DNA of 36,788 nucleotides from a virus (IMGVR_UViG_3300045988_157219:1-36788); one strand, 5' to 3'; positions 14,795 through 22,636 are shown, numbered from the stretch's first letter. Notes: generated from the sequence alone by a model not told the origin. Translations and numbers: made by a program.

Positions 14795-16321
14795 ATGGTT
14801 GGTATCTATGATGCGAAGCCTGCAGAAACCTGGTGCGGCCAAAATGTGGTGGGGATGCGGTACCATGCGGCGGAAGTTAATACGGTTATCAGGCAGGTGC
14901 GAGCTGATGCCGAGGGTGCCCGATATTTCGATGCGACGCTAGTGTTGGAGCCGGATAATCCGTATTCCAATAGTGGGCATGCGATCTCCGTGCGATACAA
15001 CGATCAGGTGCTGGGGTATCTGCCGGATGAAGACACTGCGAAGTATTTTCCCGAGGTAGCGCGGTTGGCTGCGAGCGGGTTCGATGTTGGGGTTCGGGCA
15101 CGACTGTGGTCGAATACGGATAGGCCTGATTTCAGGCCAGGCGACGCCCCATATTACAAACTAAAAGTGGGGGTACTGCCACCTGGGACTATCGCCCCGT
15201 TTAATAATCCCCCAACCTTGGATTGGGCGCTCATCCCTCGGGGCAAGAGCATCAAGGTCACGAAGACCCAGGAGTATTTCGAGGCGAACAAGAATGTTCT
15301 ATCAGCTGGAGACACGTGCTTTCTCGCCACGCTTCATAAAGTTATGCGGGGGACGAAAGCCCCGGTGATCGAAGTATGCCTCAACGGTCATCATCTTGGT
15401 GAGCTCACTGAGGTTTCCAGCAACAAGCTTATGCCTTTTGTTGACCATTTCAACGATAAAAGTCTTGTGGCTGTGTGCTATGCGCTGATATGGATTCGAG
15501 CTAACGGTATACAGGTCACCTTAGATGTCACCCCTGCCGCGAGCGCAAGCTACTCCCAGATACACGATCCAGTAGTCAACCCGTTGCCTGAGCTGGTGAG
15601 GAAAGAACGGGACCCATGGTCGTACCAGCTACCGGGGCGGTTTAAGGGGTCGGGAAGCTCGTCTGGTATCGCCCAAGCGCAGAGCGCCGCTGCCCAGGGG
15701 TATGTTAATCAGCGATCCCCAAAGTTCGCACATGTTCAATCAGCAGCATTCACCGAAGCGGAACGGCGCAAAGAAGCAGCCAGGCGTGCTAAAGCAAACG
15801 AGCGGGAAATCATGGCAAGCCGCGCCACGCCAATGCCTTCCAATCCACCTACGGCGAGAGCGTCGGCAACATCGGACAAGGAAACAGGTTGCGCTCTTAT
15901 TGGGCTCTGCATAGGCTTCTTTCTCATTTTGTGGTGGGTGTCATCATGCTTTGGTGATACCTCTTCAGGCAGTTCAACGCCTGCGACTACTTCTTCCACT
16001 AGTGATTATTCGTCATATGGCGACTCTGGCAGTAGTTCGTCTAGTTATGATGCCGATCAGATCAATGGGTGGACCAAAGCCGCCGCACGGAACGCTTGCC
16101 ATAAACAGGTTGAAGCGCAGCTCAAGTCGCCGTCTACTGCGAAGTTTGAAAGCCTTTTTGATTTTACTGCTTTGCAAAACGACGCCCACACTAAATGGAC
16201 GCTGCGGGGGCACGTTGATTCTCAAAACGGTTACGGGGCGACAGTCCGCGCGGAATGGGTGTGCACGGTTGTCCCAACGAGTTCTGATAATGCCAGGGTG
16301 GAAGCCCTGCTAGTCCAGTAA
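14795..16321 (+). CDS. Membrane-anchored protein: N-terminal HIRAN-like domain (plus a second related module), one TM helix, Ser/Thr linker, small extracytoplasmic Cys-containing domain
   Basis: NVVGMRYH...ATLVLEPDNPYSNSGHAISVRYNDQVLGYLPDEDTAKYFPEVARL matches the HIRAN pattern. TM helix CALIGLCIGFFLILWWVSSCF is at residues 365-387. The C-terminus carries LKSPSTAKF...GHVDSQNGYGATVRAEWVCTV. SD AAGGAATGGAG. Confidence 0.65.
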   Translation: MVGIYDAKPAETWCGQNVVGMRYHAAEVNTVIRQVRADAEGARYFDATLVLEPDNPYSNSGHAISVRYNDQVLGYLPDEDTAKYFPEVARLAASGFDVGVRARLWSNTDRPDFRPGDAPYYKLKVGVLPPGTIAPFNNPPTLDWALIPRGKSIKVTKTQEYFEANKNVLSAGDTCFLATLHKVMRGTKAPVIEVCLNGHHLGELTEVSSNKLMPFVDHFNDKSLVAVCYALIWIRANGIQVTLDVTPAASASYSQIHDPVVNPLPELVRKERDPWSYQLPGRFKGSGSSSGIAQAQSAAAQGYVNQRSPKFAHVQSAAFTEAERRKEAARRAKANEREIMASRATPMPSNPPTARASATSDKETGCALIGLCIGFFLILWWVSSCFGDTSSGSSTPATTSSTSDYSSYGDSGSSSSSYDADQINGWTKAAARNACHKQVEAQLKSPSTAKFESLFDFTALQNDAHTKWTLRGHVDSQNGYGATVRAEWVCTVVPTSSDNARVEALLVQ

Positions 16322-16342
16322 AACAGAAGAAAGGAAAACACA

Positions 16343-16756
16343 ATGACGCATCAGGCACCAGCACCACAAGCCCCGCAGGAGCCACAGCAACCGCAGCAGG
16401 GGGAACAGCTACCGCAACAACCCCCTTCCCCTCCACAACAGCAGGTGTTTCCGCAGTATCAACCACAGTCTCAGGGGCATGTTCCGCAGCCGATGCCGGT
16501 TGCTGAGGCGGGGCCCACCGCAACAAAGCCGTTTGAGCGGCACCAGACCATCGCTATTCTAATCGCCAACCTTGGGCTTGTAGTGTTCATCCTTGGGCTT
16601 CTAGCGATCTTCACCGGCAACAGGGTAGATGACCTTGCTACCGGCCTGACAATGACGGGCGGGTCACTTGCGGTCATGCTTCTGGCCGGCATTTGGAACA
16701 CCCTAGCGACTATCGGCTATAACCTTGCCGTCAGCCAGCAACTGCGGCAACGGTAA
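16343..16756 (+). CDS. Pro/Gln-rich two-TM membrane protein (137 aa)
   Basis: The N-terminal ~60 aa are PQ-rich. Two hydrophobic helices follow: TIAILIANLGLVVFILGLLAIF and SLAVMLLAGIWNTLATIGY. SD GAAAGGAAAA, 21 nt after the upstream stop. Confidence 0.65.
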   Translation: MTHQAPAPQAPQEPQQPQQGEQLPQQPPSPPQQQVFPQYQPQSQGHVPQPMPVAEAGPTATKPFERHQTIAILIANLGLVVFILGLLAIFTGNRVDDLATGLTMTGGSLAVMLLAGIWNTLATIGYNLAVSQQLRQR

Positions 16757-16777
16757 GCGCATTGGAAATATTTTTGA

Positions 16778-16815
16778 CCCCCGCTCATGTCTGCCAAGAA
16801 CTGGAGCGGGGGTTT
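16778..16815 (+). terminator. Hairpin terminator candidate after the two-gene cassette
   Basis: CCCCCGCTC (16778-16786), 17-nt loop, GAGCGGGGG (16804-16812), followed only by a short TTTG. Confidence 0.4.
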
Positions 16816-16866
16816 GAGGAAACAAAAACAGATACCCATGTAGATGGGTTCTTTAAGGAGTATATC

Positions 16867-18081
16867 ATGGCACATGTCAAGGATTTATGGACCAAGCCAA
16901 ACCCGCAAGGGGGTCGGCGAATCCGTACTAGCCGTTGGGGGGCGGGGAAGCGGTGGCAAGCACGCTGGACGGAGAATGGTAAACGGGTGACCAAGTCGTT
17001 TGCTAGTCGTGATGCAGCGGAGCTTTATATCGCACGGGTAGAGACTGGCCAGGCGGAAGGCAACTGGATCACTAAAGATAAAGCGTCTATTACGCTGCGG
17101 GATTTGTGGGAGCCTTGGATCGCTAGCAAGGCAACGGTTAGTGAGAAAACCCGGCGCGACTATGTCAGTACATGGCGGGCACGGGTGGCGCCTCAGTGGG
17201 GGAGGCGGTTGGTTCGGCAGATTACGCGGGCGGAGGTGGTGTCGTGGTTGCCGACGATGACGACGATGAAGGGGGTGCCTGATGGTGGGGTGCCGCGGCC
17301 GGTGAGCGCGTCTGCGCAGCGGAAGGCTGGATTGTTAATTCATTCGATGTTGGATTTGGCTGTGGAGTTGAAGATTGTGCATGCTAATCCCATGCGGGCG
17401 GGTGATTTGCCGCCGCAGGGGAAGAGCGAGCGCCGGTATTTACGAGTTGATGAGGTAGATGCGTTGTTGGGGGCTGCGCCGACAGTGGAGTCACGGTTGT
17501 TGTTGCGGGTGCTACTGATGACGGGGTTACGGCCAGGGGAGGCGAAGGCGTTAAAGGTGAAAGATTTGGATTCAGTGCGGGGCCGACTTATGGTTCGACG
17601 GGCGGTGGATGATCTCGGCAGGGTGGGGCCTACGAAAACGGGTCGGCATCGGGAGGTGCCCATTGGTGGGGAGTTGCTGGCAGATTTGATGGCTGCTGGG
17701 GAGGGGCGGCCAGATGATGCTTGGTTGGTGCCGGATGAGCGGGGGATGGTGTGGACGACTGCCAGGTGGCGGGTGGTTTGGAAGAATTTGCAGATTTGGA
17801 CAGGCATTGATGGTATCGACACGTATGAGCTGCGGCATACTGCGGCATCATTGGCGATTGCTGCAGGGGCGGATGTAAAGACAGTGCAGCGGATGTTAGG
17901 GCATGCGTCAGCAGCGATGACGCTTGATATTTATGGGCACCTGTGGGAAGAGGGTTTGGATGCTATTCCTGGCGCCATGGAAGCTCACTTAGCAAGGGAG
18001 CGACAGCGGATTGCCACGGTGAACGAGGAGAAGGCCCAGCAAGATGCTAAGCAGCGGCGGGCGCGGTTCCGGGTGTTGTAG
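16867..18081 (+). CDS. int: Tyrosine integrase
   Basis: Track ORF trimmed to ATG 16867 behind AAGGAG. The C-terminal catalytic region ELRHTAASLAIAAGADVKTVQRMLGHASAAMTLDIYGHL fits the R..HxxR..Y pattern. attP lies 160 nt downstream. Confidence 0.9.
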   Translation: MAHVKDLWTKPNPQGGRRIRTSRWGAGKRWQARWTENGKRVTKSFASRDAAELYIARVETGQAEGNWITKDKASITLRDLWEPWIASKATVSEKTRRDYVSTWRARVAPQWGRRLVRQITRAEVVSWLPTMTTMKGVPDGGVPRPVSASAQRKAGLLIHSMLDLAVELKIVHANPMRAGDLPPQGKSERRYLRVDEVDALLGAAPTVESRLLLRVLLMTGLRPGEAKALKVKDLDSVRGRLMVRRAVDDLGRVGPTKTGRHREVPIGGELLADLMAAGEGRPDDAWLVPDERGMVWTTARWRVVWKNLQIWTGIDGIDTYELRHTAASLAIAAGADVKTVQRMLGHASAAMTLDIYGHLWEEGLDAIPGAMEAHLARERQRIATVNEEKAQQDAKQRRARFRVL

Positions 18082-18091
18082 GGGAGATAGT

Positions 18092-18166
18092 TTGTTACCT
18101 CTTTGGTGCTTCGTTGTTACCTCTATGTTGCCCACGAGGTTCAATGACCTGCAACGATCTGCAACG
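18092..18166. repeat. Candidate arm-type integrase binding repeats
   Basis: TTGTTACCTCT occurs twice (18092-18102, 18114-18124) and CTGCAACG twice (18149-18156, 18159-18166). A related TGTTACC lies at 18338-18344 on the other side of the core. Confidence 0.55.
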
Positions 18167-18201
18167 GTAGAGGATGTGATATAAGGTTATGGAAATACGG
18201 T

Positions 18202-18238
18202 AAAACCCCAGTCGACACGCGCTGCTTACTGGGGTTTT
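18202..18238. terminator. Bidirectional terminator hairpin between int and the attP core
   Basis: AAAACCCCAGT, 15-nt loop, ACTGGGGTTTT. There is an A-tract on one side and a T-tract on the other. Confidence 0.7.
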
Positions 18239-18244
18239 CCTTTG

Positions 18245-18296
18245 TGCGCCCGGAGGGATTCGAACCCCCAACCTTCTGATCCGTAGTCAGATGCTA
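18245..18296 (-). other. attP core: 3' ~50 nt of a tRNA-Arg(ACG) gene (fragment, not a functional tRNA)
   Basis: The minus strand reads (a)gcaTCTGActACGgaTCAGAaggttGGGGGTTCGAATCCCTCCGGGCGCa. This gives an anticodon stem-loop with ACG, a T-arm with TTCGAAT, and a 3' acceptor strand plus discriminator. No matching D-arm or 5' acceptor lies upstream. Confidence 0.8.
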
Positions 18297-18389
18297 AAAG
18301 CCGTTCAACAGCGACTATCTATGACAGATATCCTCCCTGTTACCCGCCCGCATCACCCGTGAACGCCCCCACCCTTACCTACCCCCATC

Positions 18390-18418
18390 TTGATTATACA
18401 CGGCTAGCCGTGTATAAT
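18390..18418 (+). promoter_or_regulatory. Consensus-like promoter TTGATT-17-TATAAT overlapped by a perfect 22-bp palindrome
   Basis: -35 at 18390-18395 and -10 at 18413-18418. The palindrome TATACACGGCTAGCCGTGTATA spans 18395-18416. A 5'-UTR hairpin GTGAGCG-ggaaa-CGCTCAC lies at 18426-18444. Confidence 0.7.
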
Positions 18419-18479
18419 GGTTCTTGTGAGCGGGAAACGCTCACGTTGAAAATTCAATAGTGGAAGGGAGGTGAGGCCC

Positions 18480-18608
18480 ATGGAATGGCACACCGTTCTC
18501 GGTCTGGCACTGGGGTTTCTCGGGGCATACAGCATGCTAGAGCGCATCGCTCAATGGCTCGTGAGAAAGTCTAAGCCCTGGCGCTACCGAGGCCGTCATC
18601 GCAAGTGA
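18480..18608 (+). CDS. 42-aa hydrophobic peptide with a basic tail (not in the ORF track)
   Basis: ATG 18480 behind GGAAGGGAGGTGA. Sequence MEWHTVLGLALGFLGAYSMLERIAQWLVRKSKPWRYRGRHRK, stop at 18606-18608. Confidence 0.55.
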   Translation: MEWHTVLGLALGFLGAYSMLERIAQWLVRKSKPWRYRGRHRK

Positions 18609-18694
18609 CCCTCTCGGTTCAGGAAGCTCGAACCATCCTGAACCGGGGGCACCCCCACCACCCTACCGCACGGATCAGAAGAAAGGAGACCATC

Positions 18695-18847
18695 ATGTCG
18701 AAGCGTCATGTAGTGTTTTGCTACATCGTGCTGCCCATCGCAGCAGTACTGCTCCCCCTCGTAGGGGGTCGGCTCTGGGTGAGCATCATGCTGCTTGCAG
18801 TGGTAGCACTCAATGTTATTGTCGACACGCTGTTAAAGGAGAAATGA
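18695..18847 (+). CDS. 50-aa two-TM membrane peptide
   Basis: Track ORF trimmed to ATG 18695 behind AAAGGAGA. Sequence MSKRHVVFCYIVLPIAAVLLPLVGGRLWVSIMLLAVVALNVIVDTLLKEK. Confidence 0.55.
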   Translation: MSKRHVVFCYIVLPIAAVLLPLVGGRLWVSIMLLAVVALNVIVDTLLKEK

Positions 18848-19071
18848 TGCGGCTAAAACTCGTTGACGAGGACGGCGCCGAGTACTGGACTGCTGGGGAG
18901 TGCGCTACCTATCTAGGTATCGCGCCTGACACCTGGACGGCATACGTTAGTCGGGGCCAAGCGCCGGCGGCGGCTACTCGGTGGCATAATCTCCGGGTGT
19001 GGAGCGCCCGTGAAGTACGGCAGTGGCATGAGCAGCGCCCACGCCAGGCGCCGCGCTCAACCTCCCGGTAA
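18844..19071 (+). CDS. Excisionase-like HTH protein (75 aa), candidate RDF
   Basis: Track ORF trimmed to ATG 18844 (ATGA overlap, AAAGGAGAA SD). YWTAGECATYLGIAPDTWTAYVSRG...VWSAREVRQW resembles the AlpA/Xis-type HTH. It is close to attP and int. Confidence 0.6.
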   Translation: MMRLKLVDEDGAEYWTAGECATYLGIAPDTWTAYVSRGQAPAAATRWHNLRVWSAREVRQWHEQRPRQAPRSTSR

Positions 19072-19080
19072 CGCGAAAAA

Positions 19081-19117
19081 TTCCCCCTACCTGACGTTAG
19101 GCATCAGGTAGGGGGAA
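19081..19117. terminator. Bidirectional terminator between convergent operons
   Basis: Perfect 14-bp stem TTCCCCCTACCTGA / TCAGGTAGGGGGAA with a 9-nt loop, flanked by AAAAA and TTTT. Confidence 0.85.
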
Positions 19118-19119
19118 TT

Positions 19120-19581
19120 TTATGTTTGTTCGGGTGATGGGGCTGGTGCCGGCTGGGCGCGCTGTGGTGGCCACCCGATGACGGAGGCGACAGTGGCGGG
19201 GATCGGCGGCGCACCCGGAGGATCTGGATAGTCGGCCATGACGTCGAAAAAGGTCGAGGCAACACGCGCGTGCAGCTCGCGTTCTCGTTGCATCTCTTCC
19301 ACTTTCGCTTCGAGGATGGCTACGCGGGTGGTCAGCCATTCCCTGAGGTCCTGCGCGGCTTTGTCTACCGCTGCCGCCTTGCGCTCCAAGGCAGCAGCTT
19401 TATCGGCTTCGCGCTCAGCGCGCCGGTCAGCCCTAATTTTGTAGGCGCCGCCGATGGCTGTCACAAGCGCAAGCATGATGGCCTCTGAGGCGCTGATACG
19501 CTCCCAGATATTGCCCCATGCAGCGCTGTGGGCGGGTGGGGCATCCAGCACCAGCATCACCGCCGGCGCCATGCCCATCAT
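19120..19581 (-). CDS. Lysis-cassette membrane/coiled-coil protein (holin partner or spanin-like)
   Basis: N-terminal hydrophobic segments, a central coiled coil and a Pro-rich tail. ATGA-type overlap with the holin gene. Confidence 0.5.
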   Translation of the reverse strand: MMGMAPAVMLVLDAPPAHSAAWGNIWERISASEAIMLALVTAIGGAYKIRADRRAEREADKAAALERKAAAVDKAAQDLREWLTTRVAILEAKVEEMQRERELHARVASTFFDVMADYPDPPGAPPIPATVASVIGWPPQRAQPAPAPSPEQT

Positions 19582-19964
19582 TCGGCGTGCTCACCACCCG
19601 GCGCAGTGTCGCGGGCGTCTAGCTCGGCACGGACGGCGTCGCGCACTGCGGCGGTGACGTCTACGGGGGCGGTTTGGGCGGCAACCACAGCGGTGATGGT
19701 CTCACCTGTGGAGGGGGTGACTCCGTTTTTTGTGAGGCGGGCGGCGATGCCTGCGGCGATAACGGCTGCCGCACCGACGAGGACGGCGGTGGAGTCGGCG
19801 CGGCCGGTAGCGGTGTAAGCGGCGGCCAGGGTTGCTAGGGCGCCTGCTACGCCGCCGAGGCTAGCGTTAACGGTGTTGGCGAATCGCCGATACCAGGGCT
19901 GGGCCTCGATGGCGGTTGCGATGGCGGCTTGGACGGCATCGAGGGTGGGGTTGATAGTGGTCAT
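19578..19964 (-). CDS. Holin (two TM helices)
   Basis: 128 aa with two Ala/Gly-rich hydrophobic helices and a charged C-terminus. Immediately downstream of the endolysin. Confidence 0.65.
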   Translation of the reverse strand: MTTINPTLDAVQAAIATAIEAQPWYRRFANTVNASLGGVAGALATLAAAYTATGRADSTAVLVGAAAVIAAGIAARLTKNGVTPSTGETITAVVAAQTAPVDVTAAVRDAVRAELDARDTAPGGEHAE

Positions 19965-21373
19965 TACTTTTCTCCTTCTAGGTCTAGGATTTCAACAAAC
20001 GATTGGCCGCTGGCCAGGCGCTTGTGGACGTCACCGGGGGTGAGGCCGGTGGCCTGGGCGGTTTCCAGCACCGCCTGCTCATGCAGGCGAGCGTCGGCGT
20101 TGAGTACGAACCCGGTTAGGGTGTCGATGGGTTCGTCGGTGGTGCGGTAGCCGCTGCGGCTGGGCAGGCGGCGAGTAAGGATGGTGTGGATGTCATCGAT
20201 CTTGCGCGCCAGATCCTCTTGGCGGTCTTGGGGGAGTCCCATAAAAATTCCTTCCTGTTGTGGGGCGGCAGTTGAGTAGGCGTACCCCTTGGGCGGGATG
20301 AGCGTTGCTAGCTGTTCGAGGCCAAGCCAGTAGCCGTATGGCCAGAAGCCGCTATCGGCAACCCACACGCAGGGGTCGCCGTTCTCGTCTTCCCCGGTGC
20401 CCATGATGGCGATGTAGTGGAATACGGTGCCGCCGGAGTATGCGGGGGAGATCGACCCGTTCACTCCTCGCGGGTAGTTTTCTGGCGGCGCAACAATATT
20501 GGCGACGACGCCGTGTCCTGCGTCAATGCTGGCTGTGATGTCGTCCCATAGCAGTTCGGTCTGGGTTGGGGTTGGCGGGTCGTTCGGCATCACCCGATAC
20601 TCGTACAGGGCACCGGGGATGTGCCGGTTGAGCACCGAGGGCATGCGGTCGATACTGCTGGTGCCTTCGGTGGTCGTTCCCAGCTCAGCAGCGAGCACGG
20701 ATTCGTCGATGAGTGTGCCGGTTGCCGCCCGGATCACGGTTTGACACGATGCCGGCCCACAGAAATATCCGGTGTCTTGGGTCACCTGGTCGCGTGAATA
20801 CGGCAGTATTTTCTCTGCCATAGAGGTCTCCTTCCTGAGGATGCGTAAGGCTAGCCGGTAGCGGCGCTCACGGTCGTCAAGCCCGTTGGTGCCGCCGTTG
20901 ATGCGGCGAGTCACGCCAACAATGTCGCCGGCGTCGGCTAGTTGGTTGATGTCAGGGCGGGCGACTGTCCAGTAGTAGGATGCGGACAGCCACCCCCAGC
21001 GGGGCGTGGCCACCAGCTCCGGCTGGCGCACAAACACCTCCGGGTCATCCACCAGCCCCTGGGCGTGACACCAGGCACCGAACGCCCGAAAATTGTTTTT
21101 GCCTGTCAGCTGGATAGGGCCCGCGCCACGCCACTGCTCCCCCTCCCCCGGCCCATGCCCCAAATCAGAACGACCCCGCAAATAATAACCCGGGTCTATT
21201 TCCCGGAAATAGCGTAGGCCTGCGGATTCGTGACCTATCTGCGCCAGGAACATCGCCTGACGCGCCACAGTTGTACACTGAGCACGCCGCATAGCCTCAT
21301 TCGCTGCCGCCACATGTTGGCTGTAGTCGATATCACCGCCCATAATCGCGGCAAGCTGGGAGGTAGTGACCAT
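19964..21373 (-). CDS. Endolysin: N-terminal GH19-like muramidase/chitinase domain plus papain-like (C39-like) cysteine peptidase domain plus C-terminal region
   Basis: FLAQIGHESAG...GAGPIQLTGKNNF fits GH19. TGYFCGPASCQTVI fits a Cys peptidase. An in-frame internal ATG at 20821 is preceded by GGAAGGAGA. Confidence 0.8.
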   Translation of the reverse strand: MVTTSQLAAIMGGDIDYSQHVAAANEAMRRAQCTTVARQAMFLAQIGHESAGLRYFREIDPGYYLRGRSDLGHGPGEGEQWRGAGPIQLTGKNNFRAFGAWCHAQGLVDDPEVFVRQPELVATPRWGWLSASYYWTVARPDINQLADAGDIVGVTRRINGGTNGLDDRERRYRLALRILRKETSMAEKILPYSRDQVTQDTGYFCGPASCQTVIRAATGTLIDESVLAAELGTTTEGTSSIDRMPSVLNRHIPGALYEYRVMPNDPPTPTQTELLWDDITASIDAGHGVVANIVAPPENYPRGVNGSISPAYSGGTVFHYIAIMGTGEDENGDPCVWVADSGFWPYGYWLGLEQLATLIPPKGYAYSTAAPQQEGIFMGLPQDRQEDLARKIDDIHTILTRRLPSRSGYRTTDEPIDTLTGFVLNADARLHEQAVLETAQATGLTPGDVHKRLASGQSFVEILDLEGEK

Positions 21374-21436
21374 AGTTTCCTCCTTCCATGAAGAAACCCG
21401 GCGCGGTAGATGACCGGACCGGGGAGTTATAGGGGT

Positions 21437-22636
21437 TTAGTTGGATGCTAGGTATGCGACTGTGCCTTGGAACACATCGCCTGTTGCACCGTTATACGTG
21501 CTCAGGCTAGCGTCCCCTTGTTTGCTGATAAAGAACCTACCCAGCGTCTGGACCGAACTTGATGCCGCAGGAATAAGGAAGAGTACAGCGTCTTCTGGCC
21601 AGAAAGCCCAGGGGAGTTTCCCTATGGTGCCAGGGCGGATGGCGGTATTGAGAATGACAATTTTCCCGATTTTTCGGGCGGAGATTTTCCCGTCGAACAG
21701 TTCCTGTTTGTACAGCGTGCGGCTGAGTTGGGTTTCGAACATGGCTCGGTAGGTCTCCATGTTCACAGCGTCCTCATCACTATAGGGGCTGCCGGTCTTC
21801 ACCCTACCGCTGTAGTCTCGCACTACTAGGGTATTGTTAGCCACCTCTACCGAGGTTGCCGGTAGATCAGTGATATCGGCCTTTGTGTGCGTGTGGCTGG
21901 TTGCTGCTTTGCCGGCTAGTGCTGCATCCAAACCTTTGATCTGGTCAGTAGTGTGGCTGTGCCTGTCGATTCGCGCATCTACATACCCCTTGTGTACTGC
22001 ATCGGCGTAGTTGCGGATGGTGTCGTCCTCAATTGTCAGCGCGCCGTTCCGTTGGGTGTGTACAAACCCTGCGTGGCCGGCGACTACGCTGTATTTGTCA
22101 GTGCTAGCAGTAATAATGCGTGGGCTATCGGCGGTACCGGTGAGGTCGCCTGCCAGTTGGATTTTTCCTTGCACTGTGGCGGTAGCGGGGGGCACGCCAC
22201 TGGCAGCGTGGGATGCGGATTCTTTAGCTGCCGCGGCTGCCTGCGCTGCTTGGGTGGCTGATTGCTCGGCTTTCGCTACGGCGGCTTTCGCGGCGTCCCC
22301 GGCGGCAATCATCTTCTGGTACAGCTCGACAACCCGGTCGCGCTCGTCTGGGGTGAGGTCACGACCGTTGTCCAGCGCCTCGGCAAATGTCGCGGTACCA
22401 AGACGGATAGCGATGTGAATGGGCTCGCCCAAAGTGCCGCTGTAATCAGGGATACACACGGCAGCGCCAAGCCCGATATCGGCGGTGAACTTACCGCCGG
22501 TGACGGGAACGATAGCGGGAGCAGGGAGAATAACCGTACCGACGCTGGTGCGGGCTTCGGGGGCATGGATTTGTAAAGCTGTGACAGCGGCTGGCTGGTT
22601 AGTTATTAGCCGCAGGTCACCGGTGATGGTGGGCAT
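21437..22636 (-). CDS. Tail fibre / receptor-binding protein
   Basis: 399 aa with an Ala-rich coiled segment, VQGKIQLAGDLTGTADSP and HSHTTDQIKGL...SHTHTKADITDL fibre-type motifs, and a lower-GC C-terminal third. Confidence 0.65.
   Translation of the reverse strand: MPTITGDLRLITNQPAAVTALQIHAPEARTSVGTVILPAPAIVPVTGGKFTADIGLGAAVCIPDYSGTLGEPIHIAIRLGTATFAEALDNGRDLTPDERDRVVELYQKMIAAGDAAKAAVAKAEQSATQAAQAAAAAKESASHAASGVPPATATVQGKIQLAGDLTGTADSPRIITASTDKYSVVAGHAGFVHTQRNGALTIEDDTIRNYADAVHKGYVDARIDRHSHTTDQIKGLDAALAGKAATSHTHTKADITDLPATSVEVANNTLVVRDYSGRVKTGSPYSDEDAVNMETYRAMFETQLSRTLYKQELFDGKISARKIGKIVILNTAIRPGTIGKLPWAFWPEDAVLFLIPAASSSVQTLGRFFISKQGDASLSTYNGATGDVFQGTVAYLASN

Noticed and set aside
18245-18296. 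Possible functional tRNA-Arg gene
   Set aside because: Only the anticodon arm, T-arm and 3' acceptor strand are present. The sequence upstream on the minus strand (ggcttttag...) cannot form a D-arm or pair with the acceptor 3' strand. It is interpreted as the attP core.
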